A DNA stretch of 64,000 bases from Malacoraja senta (Eukaryota): positions 1,488,001-1,552,000 of the forward strand of contig CM075998.1 in NCBI GenBank assembly GCA_038087875.1, given 5' to 3'. This document shows positions 1 through 13,277 of the stretch, piece by piece. A program made the translations under genes and the position numbers. The stretch's first letter is position 1; each line of letters starts with the position of its first letter. The notes under the pieces are model-generated. The model had not been told where the DNA came from. It ran no database searches and worked only from the letters and a program-made list of their open reading frames with translations.

Positions 1-86
1 CATTGCAAATGAGTTTTAACACTTTCATAGGCTATTGTGATCTAAATGGACAATCTTTTAATTGTACTAACACTTGCTTTTTCCAG

Positions 87-260
87 TTCTTTGATCGTCT
101 GCAACTATTTGCAATGCCAGCCAAGCACCAGCCAGATTTTATCTACCTGCGTCATGTGCCGCTGCGCAAAGTTCACCTTTTTACATTCATACAGCTCACC
201 TGTCTAATCCTGCTCTGGGTCATCAAAGCATCACCTGCTGCTATTGTCTTTCCTATGATG
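87..260 (+). CDS. SLC4A8: SLC4A8 exon (174 nt, phase 0-0), last TM segments
   Basis: ttccag|TTC...ATGATG|gtaaaa; FFDRL...AIVFPMM. Confidence 0.95.
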
Positions 261-3200
261 GTAAAAAATTGACTTTTTAATGTATTTTGTCTACCTGATT
301 GTTAAAGTTAATTTTCTCCTCTTCCCTTCATTTAGGTCTCTGGCATTTGTACTATCCCTTTTGTAAATGATGTGCAGGGGACTTGCTGATTGGTCCATAA
401 CAAAGTTCTCCTACAATTTTCTATCGGGCAACATACAAAAGTGACCTTGCTAGGCTTTTGTTTTTGTTTTTTCCCCCTCTGTCTTTGCCAAACATTTAAG
501 TGACATTTGAAGCAATGACACAAATCTGCATCTTCCCATAAGATAGGCAAAAAATGATGCAAATACTCCGCAGTTCAGGCAGTATTTGTGGGGAAAGGAA
601 CAGAATGTTTCAGATTGATGACCATTCATCAGAACTAGGAAGAGTTATAAAACAAGAATGCTTTACACGCTAAAGAAGGAAGAGGGTTGGAAAGAATACA
701 GGGTGGGGACCAAAAGATTGAATGACACAGATGGCATAGGTGCAAGCTGAGAAAGGGTGGTAAAAGATTGTTAATGGCAGTTGACCTGTCCGGAAGAGGT
801 GTGAATAAAATAAGATTAAAGGGAACAGAGGAGTGAGAAACCAAAATAATATTGAAACTGCAAGATACAGAACACTGCAGTTGGATATCTGAAACAGGAA
901 GAAGTTGGAGATACCAGCAGGCCAGGCAACATCTGTCATGATGCATCAAAACTGGCTAGTTCTAGCTCAAGTTGAAAAGGTGGGTTATCCGAGTGTTAAT
1001 TTAATAACTTGCATCAGAACTGGACAGTCTGTATCTTCCCACCCAATACTGCAGTGGATTCAAATAGTTTTTTAAAATATATTCGCATGGCATTTTATCC
1101 AAATAAAACAAGCATTAATGTAGTCACTTTTAAAATTATTTTCTAATAGACTTTTAACAATCGCTTCCTTGTGAAAACTGTTGTGGCAAGGATTTGTGAA
1201 TGTTCTTAACATCTCTTCCTCAGTTATCTAAAAGACAAAGAGCCAGCTCTGAGCCCTTCATGTTAAGCCCTTGTTTTTTGACTTCCAGCTTGTACAAAAT
1301 ACTTGAGCACCAAAGTGTTGACTGAACAACCAGAGTAATACTCAGGGAATGCTCCACCATTGAAAGTGCTTCTTTTTTTAAGCTAACATGTTCAAACAAG
1401 GCTCTGGTAAAAATTCTGGTAAAAATGATCTTGTGGCACTATTTTGAAGAAGAACAGGGGATATATCAAATATAGACACAAAAAGCTGGAGTAAATCAGC
1501 AGGGCGGGCAGCATCTCTGGAGAGAAGGAATGGGTGACGTTTTGGGAATATCCCTGTTTTTCTGGTCAATGTTTATTGCTCAATCAATGTAATTGGGGGG
1601 GGGAGATGTGGTGTGGTTGGGATTTAAAAAAAAACATACACACAGTGTTATTATTTGTGCAATGTTGCTGGGCGCAAATTGGCAATGTGGCTTTTTTTTG
1701 TATTGTAACATTGACTGCTTCAAAAATACTACTTTGCACATAAAGCACTGAGGTGTCCTAAGATCACGAAAAGCGGCATGCAAATGCAAGTAGATTCATT
1801 CTTTACAACTAGAGTGAGAAGTCATTTGAAAAAGGGAGGAGAATAACCACTTTGGAGGATGGATAATGATAAGGATCAAAATCGGTAAGCGCCGCAGAGA
1901 GCATCTTATCGGGACACATCGCACCATGGTTTGGGAAGAGCTCCATCCAAGACCGCAAGAAATTGCAGAGAGTTGTGGACGCAGCACAGACCATCACGCA
2001 AACCAACCTCCCTTCCATCGACTCCATCTGCACTTCACGCTGCCTTGGCAAGGCCACCAGCATAATCAAGGACCAGCTTCACCCTCATTTCCCCTCTCCC
2101 ATCAGGAAAGAGGTACGGAAGTGTGAAAACGCATGCCTCCAGATTAAGGGAGTTTCTTCCCAGCTGTTATCAGGCAACTGAACCATCCTCTCACCAGCTA
2201 GCGTGCGGTCTTGACCTCCCATCTACCTCATTGAAGATCTTTGAACTATCTTTAATCGGACTTTGTTATATCTTTGCACTAAATATTGTACCCTTTATTC
2301 TTTATCTTTGAACTGTGAACGGCTTTATTGTATTCATGAATAGTCTTTTTCTTTGACGGGCTAGCACGCAAACAAAAGCTTTTCACCGTACCTCAGTACT
2401 CGTGACAATAATAAACTAAACTAAGCGGGTAGCAGAGAACAAGCCCTGTTCCCGAGGGCAGATGAGACATTCCGGTGCAAGTATCCCAAATAAGTGGACT
2501 AATGACTATGGGCTTCCTGGATATCGAAGGATATAAGGCTGAATATAATTGTTCTTATTGAGACCAAAATCCGTCTTAACATCCTCCTTGTGAGGGCTTT
2601 TATTTGTAGAGCAACAGCACTTTGTTGTATCTCTCGTGTTCAATGTCTCTTTCCCTCATAGATAATGGTAGTCTACATTAACTGTGGGCACTGCATAATG
2701 GTCACATTTATGGTTTGCAGTGTTCTTTTTTTTACAATAAACACTTTTTCTTTTGTTGGGAGTATGAGTTAAAGATGGGTTTTATGCCTACAGTTCTTCA
2801 ATATTGTTTTGTGTCATGTACAATTTACGTTTGCATAACAAATTTTTCATTATTGTTATTTTCCTTTGCTGTTATTTTACTAATTCGTTCACTATTGGGT
2901 ATTATGAATTTTGGTACCTAGCTACATCAATACACCCAACTTGATTTTTGATACTAATTCAGTTTTCACTTGAAATATCTCTTCAATTTGAACAAAATGA
3001 GCGTGTGGTGTGCTTTTGCCAAGAATACTGCATTCTTACTCTGAAGAGGCTAACTTAATACTGCAGGACTGCCACCATATGCTCGTGATGCCACTAATAA
3101 ATATTTAGGTTGGTTGATAAACTGCCAATCGAGAGACCCACTTTGTCTTGAGTGAGGTGCTTCCTGAGCTGTTGGAATTGCACCTGTGTGGATGGGGTTC

Positions 3201-6200
3201 CAGTGAGCTCCTGTCTTGCACTTTATAGACAGCGGAATGTGGTTTAGCGTGTCCGGAGGTGAGTCATTTGGTGCAGAATGCTCAGGCATTGGCTTGTCCT
3301 AGTTGACCATCACATTTGTGTATCTGGTCCAGTTGAGAGTTTGGCCAATGGCGACCAAAATGCTGATGGTGGGGACACTGTGATTATAGTACCTTTTGAA
3401 TGTCAGGGGTGGGTGGTTAGACTTCTTGTTGGAGACGGTCATTGCCTGGTACTTTTGTAGCACAAAAGGTACTTATCAACCTGTACCTGAATGTTGTCTA
3501 GGTCTTGTTTGTACAGGTGTGCACTGGCTCATTTTGCTGAGAAGCAAACTGAATATTGTGCACTCGGCAATTATCTCCACTTCTAGCCTAATGCTGGAAA
3601 GAAGATCATTGATGAAGCAGCTAGCAATTAATGGGCCCAAGGATTATTTGGAGAGTACTTACTATTTGATTGCTTGTGAATAAATCTGATTGAAGAAAAA
3701 AATATATGCTTAATATTTAGGCTTTATATTACTGCTTTCATCTGTCCTTTGTGATAACTAAATTCTGAATGATAGAATGCGCATATAATGTGTATAATGA
3801 CAGATAATTTAGCAATAAGAATGTGAAGTGATGTCCATTTATTTAGGTCTGGAAAAGTTACAGACATCTTAACACTATGAAATGCATTATTCCTTTTAAT
3901 AACTCTGGGGGGAAATGACTGCAAAGAAACTACATTGTAAAGAATACTTACTAAATAAATCTAGCTCTTTTGTATGTTTTGATTGTTGTACATTAATTAT
4001 TAAGAATTAATCTTTTTCAAGTATGTTGTCCCAATATTTCTTAATCTGATACTATATTGCAGGTATTAGCTCTAGTTTTTGTTAGAAAATTGATGGACCT
4101 TTGCTTTCTGAAGCGCGAGCTAAGCTGGCTCGATGATTTAATACCTGAAAGTAAGAAGAAAAAAATAGATGACGCCAAAAAAGTCAAGGAAGATGGGGTA
4201 AGATTCAATTGTCATAATGACTCTTTTTTTGTTTTGACAGACCAGTTTTAATCATTGTCTTTTGCTTTTAATCGTTGAAAGGGAAAATCCAATTGCATTT
4301 TTAAAAGTGGAATTTTCCTCTTTTCCAAAAGATTTGTGCACCTGAAGCTACTTTGATGTAAACATTATTTGATCACACCTGATGGGAACAACTTTCCAAT
4401 CTTCCCCAATCTTTTCAAATGACAATTTGAATTGGCCATAGGAACAGTCAAAATACTGGTTTGTTTTGAATTTCCCTCTTCCCCCCAGCTTTCAAAATGA
4501 ATGCACTTGAATTCAGTGCAAGGAATTAATTTTGAAGTTGCATTATCACAATGTAGAAGAGTGATTCAAAACTGATATTTCATCACTCCACCTACAAACC
4601 ATGACATGGAGTAAACTAACTCATGGGTCATTTTGCAATCTTATTTTGGTTTAAAGCAAGTGACTTCTTTAGAAGAGAAAGTCGTGTACAGAATTTGCAT
4701 TAAGATCTATCGTTTGGTGGAGATTGTTCAAGGGAGGGAGATGGAGAATATTTAACTTGTTGCAATTTAAACCACTTAATTTTATCTGGTTTTCATTATA
4801 TGATTACGTAATAATATATATATGTGTGTTACATAATCTTGTATCTAGTGCAGTTTTGTTATGGTACCTATTACCAATCGCAGATACACCATAGATATTG
4901 TCTCAGTTGTTCCCTTTAGCAGTCTGGGTATTCTGCATCCACCAATGCCCCATATTGCCCAATATTTAGTTATTTTATAGGACACAAAGTGCTGGAGTAA
5001 CTCAGCAGATCAGGCAGCACCTCTAGAGAACATGGATAGGTGACGTTTTGGGTCGAAACCCTTCTTCTGACTGACTTGAACACACAATTCAGGATGCAAC
5101 AATCGGACCCTTGTGATCTGAATTACTTAATTTACAATTTACACATGTTTCTCAATTTTACACATTATACAATTATCCCCTTGACTTGTTTGGTATGTGG
5201 CTGCGTATGTACTTGCCCAGATTTTTCAGTAGACAATGAAAACATTTTAGTAAGGAGAGGATTGGCTTGAATCATTGCACTGCTTTGTTTTAGTATTAAC
5301 AAGTGAGCATACAGAGAAATGGATGTTCACAAACCTTGCTTTCTCTGCTCAATTTCACTTCTCTCAAACATTAATGAAAATAAAAAGTGCCATTTAGGAT
5401 AATTTTCCTTGTTTGGCACCAACATTATTTTGGCCAACTTTGAGGTCTAAAAAGTGATGTTTCACACGTTAACTTGTAGTTCTATTGATCATTCTGTGTC
5501 TCTGTGGAATTTTTAAATATGCAAGATCAACTTGGTATTTCCAAGTGAGTCTGTGTATAATAGAATATGCAGTGCCAAATAGTGTGAAACTTAACCAGAA
5601 TAAACTTAATTTTCAGCCATTTCATAAAAAAGACCCTCTCATTGACTATCAGTATAACTGGCTTCCTACTGATTTGCTTTTGTGACAAGCTGTGGAAAAT
5701 ATTTCAGCAGATCAGTGCATCGTTTTGGATAGTTTTTTGATCTGGTACAGTGTTTTTATTTCTCCAACAGGAATCAGAGAAAATGTTGGATCCAGGGGAC
5801 AGTGGTGTGCAGCTGCCAATGGAAAGTAGCAAACTGCTTCAGAGTCCTGTAAAGAGTAATATTTATAGGTAATCCAGTCCATAGTGCTTCTAGTACTGTT
5901 TGCAATTACGTTTATGCAATTTTATCTGCCATTTGGATGTTTTAATGCTATTTTATGCATCACCATCTGCATTTTTACCCAAATGATAACAGACACCATA
6001 TTGATATCCTTAAAAATACCAACACTTGTACATCAATCAGGTTAAATGTTCCTTGTAAGTATCAGTCCAGTTTTTGAGTATTTCGTACTTGCTGTTCAGT
6101 TGTCGACCAGGTAAAATGATGCCACTGTTTTTCCAAATGCTATTGATAATATTCCTTCGAAGAACTAGAATTGATTCACTGGAGGTACACCAGCGTAAAT

Positions 6201-9200
6201 AATGACTGGTCTAAAATCTTCTGTGCAGTAAGATTAAACTCACAAATGCAGCACTTCTATATTGGTGTATGACCAATATATTTTAATGAAATGTCTTACA
6301 ATGCAATGTCATACTCATCTGACAGATTTCATGCTTATAATAAAGCAATGCAATAATGTACTGGAGAAAGGCAATATTTTACATGCTGGATAACAGCACA
6401 ATGGCTGAAAGCGCAATGCAAACAACAGGCATAATTACCATTGACAATATATTCACTGTGAGTAGTACTAGGACTTGTATTGTGTCTCATTTTCTCTTGC
6501 ATCATATGTGTGACATGCTAAAAATAACAATCTGAAAATTGCGTTACTTTTAATTTCAGTGACTTCTAACTTGCAGTTTTGCGCTATTTTCTTGAATGTT
6601 TTTGCAAGTGGAATGCATTGCAATGCATGTATAACTGAAGAGTTGATCGCTTTCTTCTTGCCATGCGACTATGGAAACATTTGTTAGGAAGTTAACAGAG
6701 CTAAAATCTGCATAATCTGCGCATTGCTCAGCAGCATTCTCATAATCTATTTTTCTTCTGTCTGTCAGCTGGAAATGGGTTAATTACACACAAAATGCCC
6801 TGCATTCACTGTTCTTTCTGCTTGTTATAAACAGCCTTGCAGCCTAAGTTCAAAAATTCTTGGCAACAGTGCTGCTTGTTGCCTATTTCAGAATGCTTAT
6901 TACCAGAACCCATGTACCAATCAACAAGGTTAGCAAATTTTTCAAATGGTATGCAGCAAATCATTGCCTCGCAATGTGTGGTGACGCAGAAAATAAAATG
7001 CAGTTGTGCAACTGAAGATTGGGAACATTGCAATCTTTGAGTCCGTATTCATGCCATGTAAAAATTGTTTTTATACTTGTGATTAATAAAAACATGTGCA
7101 TTACTACACTTGAATGCAATTTTACTTTCAATGGAATAGTCAGTGTTTCTCCTTGCTTCCCAACCCTTGTGCAGTCAAATAAAGCAACAATGAAACAGGA
7201 CATGACAAAGAATGATTCTCTTTACAAATTATTTTTGAGTTGTGGACCAAACTGTCAAAAGACTTGTTGTCATTAAAAACTGTTGGGCCGCCTTGAACTG
7301 CTGCAGTTCTTGTAAAAGCAGGGAATTTTAAGAATTTCTCCTAGTGGCAATAAGGGAACAGAGTTGTCCGTCAAGTCAGGATTGTATGAAAGTTGGATGG
7401 GAATTCGAAGATGTTCTCGACATAATTTATCTTACCTGTGTGCTCAAGATCATGGGAATGACTATTGTAATGTTGGGTGATTGATGTTAGATACTGTAGC
7501 CACAATGTGTTTCTTGTTAAAGTAGTGAATATTAAGTCTAGTGACAGAAATACTGATTAAATTAACTGCACTAGGTGACAACCTACCTTGCTGCTATTAA
7601 AATCGGGTGCAATTTTAAGGGAAATCCATAAGCTGGCAAATTCTTGTGTTCCTCCACATTAATGATTATTTTTCCTTCAAATTAAAATAAATGGAAGGAA
7701 TTCCAAATGTGAACTGCAACATAATATGTTTGAGAATCTTCACTCTACCAACGTATGATTATGTCTTATTGCATTGACAAAGTTGGATTTAATGTATTCA
7801 TGGGTGTACTTCAGTCACTCAAATTTACTAATGTCTATAACGGCTTATCTAAATGTTGTTAAAGAGGACAATTTAATTGTGTTTTACCAAATGCCGCAAT
7901 TTTGTATAAGCAGCAAAATTCCAGTCGCATTCTACACAGCTTTAAAATCTAAAAGTTGGAAGGAAATACTTTCCCCTCTGGTGAACATAAGAGTGCAATC
8001 GTTCACAGCAAACGCCAGTACTTGGAAGGTGCAGCGGCATTAAGCAAATCTGCACTGGTTTTGCGCTGAACGAGATTCTCTGCAGATGTAATTTATATTG
8101 TAGGTGACTAAAATGAGGGAAAGCAAATAACTGAGTTTATCTACTTATTAAAGATTTGTACTTGGGCCGTTCTCATTTCCTATCTCCTGGCAACTTCATC
8201 CAAAACACATCAATTTCCGATGTACATGATGACATGTAATTCTACCTCATCATCACCTCTGTACTAATTTGTTTGCCCAGTATCCAGTACATGATGAGCA
8301 AGAATTTCTTCTAATTAATTCCTGGGAGAACCGAAGCCTTTATATTTGGCTCCTGCCATGAACTCTATTTCCTTGCCTCTTTCCTTGTCTGGTAATTAAG
8401 GCTAAACCACATTCTTTGCAACCATAGTGTTATATTTAACCCTAAGAAGAACTTAAGATTAATTACTTGTGCCATCACCAAGAACATCTTTCTCCATAAC
8501 ATTGCCCAAATTTGTCCCTACCTCAGCTCAACTGTTGCTGAAACTCTCATCCGTCATTTGAGAACTCCAGACCTGACTATTTCAATGCAAAAACTTGTGG
8601 TCATCCACAACTCTGCAGCTTGTGTCCTAAATCTTCATTAACTCGTTAATATGCATGGTATTCCTTAACAAGGAACCATGAATTTTACAATTCTAATCCT
8701 TGTTTTCAAATCCTGACATGTCCTCACCTTTCCCTATCTCTATGCTCCTTCGGCATCACAACCCTCATATATGCTCTAACTCTGATTTCTTGGCATCTTC
8801 ACTCTAATCTCTCCACCGCAAATGCTCGTGCCTAAAGCTCCACATTAAAGGTTTTTCACCTCCACCTTTCCTCTTTTAAAACGCTGCTAAAAGTCACCCC
8901 TCAAACCAAATATCTCCTTGTGGTGGTTTGTGTCAAATCTTGTTTGATAAACTTCCTGTGAAGTTTTATTATGTTACACAAATGTTATTAATCCTCACTC
9001 AAATTTTGTTTATAGGTGTGATCCATCTGAAATTAATATATCTGATGAAATGTCCAGATCTACTGTTTGGAAGGCACTTAACATGAATACAGGGAGCAAC
9101 AGACCTAAGGATAACACAACTTCAAAAAGGTAAATTGCTGCTGATATATTTCTGTCCTGAGATTTTTGAAATCCTATTGTCATTTTAATGTATTCCTTCA

Positions 9201-10794
9201 AAAATAATGAATGGCTTTCTCTGTGGCATGATGGTCAATTCACCAGGAAATATTCTAGAGCAAGGAAATGGCTGTTTTCTGATGTGCCTATCTTTCTGTC
9301 AGTTATATGGACAAAGATTCAAGCCTTTTCTTTTTGGTAACTCTATTACTAACTCGGATTGGAAGGATCACTCCACCACTAATTTGTGCTGAGTTTGATT
9401 CACAGGGTGGGAGAAGAATTCAATTGACCTCTGTCCCTGGTTAAGACAGATGAGGGATGGGTTCTCAGTCCTGACTGCTCTCTAATGATACTTCTTACTT
9501 ACTGCCTATTATGCCTCCTGGCATGTAGGGCAGCAATGAAGGTCCTCCACGCGGTAGTGTTGATTCCTTCAGTTGCTGTTTCCATAACATATTTGTTTTA
9601 CGAGACAGGGTTGTTAGCCCTGTGCTTAACCTCCAACCTGGAGGACCAGTGGATCGCTCTTTGTCTCGCCTTTACCCTTCGACCTGTCCAGCATGGGAGA
9701 CCCTAACAGGAGACGAATCTCCCGCTGGCATAGCTCTGGGGGTCACTGAGTCACACAAGCTCCCCGACTACGACAAGGTTGCAATCCAACGGGGAGAATG
9801 ATACTTCACCTTGTCCAATAACTTACAACGCTTGTTGTCAATGCTTGCATTAACAACAAGTTATCTTGGATAAGGGCTGGAGGCATCTTATGCAACTATG
9901 CCTCAGCAAAAGTTGTGACTTGAGGATAGGAGAAGGAACGAGACAATAAGCATTAATTTTGCATTATGGATTCTTGTTGCAGTTAACTATTGATATTTAA
10001 TTTACAATAGTTAAAAACCCAATGGTTTTATTCTTTACATCAAACAACAATGCAAGTTAGCATGCTCGACTTTTGAGTTAATTTTATTTCACAATTCTGT
10101 TCATTTGCATAAACATTTAATTTTTAAGTCTGAGTTGTCTAATACCCCCTCTACTGTGAAAACGGGTGGTAAGCAGACAAAATGACATGAGCATTTTTTT
10201 TAAATTACTTGCCATCTGAGATGTGCTCAGCTTAGTTTTTTCAGTATCCTCCTAAAAGAGCAGCCAACACTCCTAAATTAGATGACGGTCTTGGTGTATG
10301 ATTTAAACTGGTGGTAGGATTCTAATGCAATTTTCAAATACTGATGTTCTGAATGATTGTTCTGCTGGTTTGGCACTAAACATAGAGCAGCCTAACCAGT
10401 AATCCTCACTGGGACTGCTGGAGGCAGCTCTGAATTGAAACCTTGAACGGTCTCTTAAAATCTTCCATACCATTGATAGCAATTCAATGGTCTCCTATTC
10501 AAATGCTTAATTCTAATTTTGCTCTACAAAGAAACAGTCAAATGTTTACCCTTTACCCACAGCAAGTGGCAAGTTAATTGATCAAAGCATATTTATCTGT
10601 GGCATTTTACCAATTCCATAAGGCATGAGCATGAAAATGGTTCCGGCCTCTTGCAATAATCAGGATGTGTTGCTCCACCTGATCTACATGCCAAATGGAA
10701 ATCAGCCACTAATTATTAAAAAGAAACATATTTGTTCTTTTTTCTTCATTTTTCTTTCTTTTTTTACTGCAGTTCCATTGAAAAACCAATGTAA
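87..10794 (+). CDS. SLC4A8: Na+-driven Cl-/HCO3- exchanger (SLC4A8/NDCBE-like), 3' coding exons; gene starts upstream of the window
   Basis: Exons 87-260, 4063-4197, 5771-5868, 9016-9129 and putative 10773-10815 join in frame at GT-AG junctions: [98 protein letters not shown].../ESEKMLD.../[41 protein letters not shown] and [12 protein letters not shown] fit SLC4A8 better than SLC4A7/A10 as recalled; SLC4A8 and ESYT1 are both on human 12q13. Confidence 0.85.
1280..1790 (+). mobile_element. degenerate Deu-domain SINE interrupted by a Penelope-type fragment (~1470-1545)
   Basis: gatcttgtggcactattttgaagaagaacagggga and 3' aaagcactgaggtgtcctaagatcacgaaaagcgg...aaatgcaag resemble the Deu-SINE consensus as recalled. 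Confidence 0.55.
1886..2424 (+). mobile_element. Rex1/Babar-type LINE 3' fragment
   Basis: Remnant RT C-terminal peptide ([37 protein letters not shown]), tail aataataaactaaactaa; homologous to 16222-16630 and 39128-39825. Confidence 0.75.
3060..3640 (-). mobile_element. old CR1-type LINE fragment
   Basis: Degenerate similarity to the 20200-21010 fragment; no intact ORF. Confidence 0.45.
4063..4197 (+). CDS. SLC4A8: SLC4A8 exon (135 nt, phase 0-0)
   Basis: ttgcag|GTA...GATGGG|gtaaga; [13 protein letters not shown]...KKVKEDG. Confidence 0.93.
4981..5074 (-). mobile_element. Penelope-type short repeat with degenerate hammerhead core
   Basis: gacacaaagtgctggagtaactcagc...gtgacgttttgggtcgaaacccttcttctgactga. 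Confidence 0.7.
5771..5868 (+). CDS. SLC4A8: SLC4A8 exon (98 nt, phase 0-2)
   Basis: caacag|GAA...TATAG|gtaatc; [32 protein letters not shown]. Confidence 0.88.
9016..9129 (+). CDS. SLC4A8: SLC4A8 exon (114 nt, phase 2-2)
   Basis: ttatag|GTGTGAT...AAAAG|gtaaat; [37 protein letters not shown]. Confidence 0.9.
9495..9796 (-). mobile_element. RTE-derived short non-autonomous retroelement with 11-bp TSD
   Basis: TSD aatgatacttc at 9484-9494 and 9797-9807; minus-strand 5' end has RTE/BovB-type motifs CCTTGTCGT, GAGCTATGCC, GGACAGGTC, GATCCACTGG; 3' tail gtaagtaag. Confidence 0.75.
9650..9796 (-). ncRNA. candidate HDV-like self-cleaving ribozyme at the 5' end of the RTE-derived element
   Basis: P1 CUCCCCG/CGGGGAG, P2 UGGAUUGC/GCGAUCCA, P3-L3 ACC-UUGUCGU-AGU, in nested HDV order. 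Confidence 0.5.
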
Positions 10795-10815
10795 AATGAT
10801 GGTACCTTGAATCAG
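10773..10815 (+). CDS. SLC4A8: putative 43-nt stop-containing cassette exon of SLC4A8 (SSIEKPM*, TAA 10792-10794)
   Basis: Long polypyrimidine tract + ctgcag acceptor and consensus donor CAG|gtgagt. Confidence 0.65.
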
Positions 10816-12371
10816 GTGAGTCAAAGCTTAGTTTTTTTTAAATGTGAAGTTTTGTCTTAATTAAAAAACATTTTAGACTATATACCATGGGTCAGATCCA
10901 GCAAAAGTTTCCCCAACTTCACTTTAACTATGATGTTTAACCCAAGACTAGGAGCAGCCACAGCTACACCAGATTGAAATTTCCATTCTGCACATCACCA
11001 GTCTCCCTGGTATTACTGTACCTCTGGCAAAACTATGGACCTTTGTGGTTTGGAACGAATACATGTACCCAATGAAATACTATGGGATCCTTTCAACTTT
11101 AAATAAGAATTGTTGGTACCATGCTTCTCTTGATTTAGGTTTAGATAATTTTGTTTTAAAAACCTTTTTAGTCTTTCAACAACTATTTCTGTTGATTTAA
11201 GTTATTAAGTCTGTTAATGTTAAGTATATCCGAAAATGGTTATTACAGGCCATGCTTATGTCCCCGGTATCTCCTTTAAAGGTATTTTGCATTACTATCT
11301 CTCTACCTTCAAGTGTGTGCTTTTTAAAAAGAAACCTCTAATCATGTCTTCATCTCTTTCAGCTCCCACCCCAATTTCTCAATGTTTTTACTCTTTTTCA
11401 AAGTACTCTGAACTATCCTTTTCTTTGACATGATAGAAATGCTGAGTTTTTTTGTTTATTTCTCAGGATTAAATCCAAACCTTGACAAAGAGGGATGAAG
11501 TTGTAATTGACTCAGGGAAGAGCCAAAATAGAAAGACTTGCAATTGGATATTCGCAATACTTCATGGAAGATCCTTGGAAACAAACAAATTGAAGGCAGC
11601 ACATTGTCCTTTTAAGTACTCAGAACCCCAATAAGGCCTTTCAAAGAAAAGTCCAAAATTTTAAATTTAATTTTAATTTTGATTTTTTGTTGTTGTTGCA
11701 ATTAGATTGGCCAGAAGTTAATACAAGTTTAAATTCTTGGAAGAAAATCAGTGTAATTTTGCATATTTTTAAAATTTTCAGTTTTGTAATACAAAGCCTG
11801 ATTGACAAAATGTAACCTTTGAAAGGTTTTCATCTCTAACCAGCATATAATTTGAGATGTTTGATATATAGATTGAAATAATTAATTAGGTTTGTTATGT
11901 ACGTATCACAATTATTGTGATTATTAGTGCTGTTTGATGATTTCTACACTTCAATATGATTTCATGTCTCTGCATGAAAGAATTCTGACTATCAAATATG
12001 TTTACATGTATCTTGATCACTAAATGTTACCGTACAAAGTAATAAAGCAACTTGCTGTGCAATATACTGTACAAACTAAAATCACTACTAACATACCACA
12101 TGGCCAGTTATTTTAAAAATGTTCTCTACTTCCTTACTAATAGTTTTGAGAGGCCTTTGTCATTTGTACCCCTCATCAGCCTGCTAGCAGTAATATTCCT
12201 ATTAAGACCCTTGAGGAGGGGACGCAAAACACATGGTTACCAATTGCATGACTTTACGATGATAAGCAAAATATTTTTCTACAGTTATAAGTAATTTGCA
12301 GGAGGGAATAATTATTTGAAATCCTAAAATGCTGCAATTATATTTAGAAATTATCTAAATAGAAAAGAGCA

Positions 12372-12510
12372 AAACACAAAGTGCTGGAGGAACTCAGATG
12401 TTCAGGCACTATTTATGAAGGGAATGGACATATGATGTTTTGGGTCGAGACCCTTCTTGAAACTAATTCTGTTTTGCCCTAGATTCCAACATCTGTAGTT
12501 CCTTGTCTCT
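12372..12510 (-). mobile_element. Penelope-type short repeat (degenerate)
   Basis: aaacacaaagtgctggaggaactcag...gttttgggtcgagacccttctt. Confidence 0.65.
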
Positions 12511-12964
12511 AATTAGAAAATAATCTTTTCCAAAACTAACTTGCAAAGATATGCTGAATGAAATGCAAAATCATGAAATGCATCTTATCTTGTATGTTGA
12601 TTTGAGCTGCTTCCACCAAAAGCATGTATAAAGTCTCCTAAGGACTTAACAATTAAAATTGCTAGAAAACATTGCCACTGACAATTTTATTAACTGTTTC
12701 TTAAATCAGTTTTTTCGAGTCGATGGAAGATTTAGTGCAATAATATAGCAATACACAAAGCATTTTTATTTATATTTAGTGCTGTGGAATAGTACCAGTA
12801 AATCATTAAATAGAATAAACTTAAAAATGTACATTCCACCCTTTGCCATTTGTTTGGATGTGGTCCTTGGGTAAGTGTCATGACTGTAATTCAATCCAAA
12901 CAAGATAGTTGAATAAATTGTGGATAATCATGAAGCGGCTGCTGAATACTAATACTAATACTAA

Positions 12965-13234
12965 TATCCACAGCCAACTGAGACAGCACACACCCTGGAC
13001 ACTGCCTCTTCACCCGACTGCCCTCAGGAAGACGATACAGGACACTGAGAGCCCGCACGACAAGACTAAAAAACAGCTTCTATCATAGAGCTGTGACACT
13101 AGTGAACTCTATCCCCCTCCCACACTGATTTTTTTATTTTTTATTTTTTTTAAATGTATTTTTATAATTATATTCCTGTGCAACTGGAGGACTGAACCAA
13201 CAAAATTTCGTTGTCTTGTACAATGACAATAAAG

Positions 13235-13273
<39 letters not shown>
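12965..13273 (+). mobile_element. Rex1/Babar-type LINE 3' end with (ATT)n tail, inside the putative SLC4A8 3' UTR
   Basis: Encodes HPGHCLFTRLPSGRRYRTLRARTTRLKNSFYHRAVTLVN; aataaag followed by (att)n at ~13236-13273. Confidence 0.75.

Positions 13274-13277
<4 letters not shown>

Noticed and set aside
6769-6928. Possible extra SLC4A8 cassette or microexon (acceptors at 6768, 6834, 6842)
   Set aside because: Candidates have weak donors, an early stop or break the frame; no similarity to SLC4 tails.
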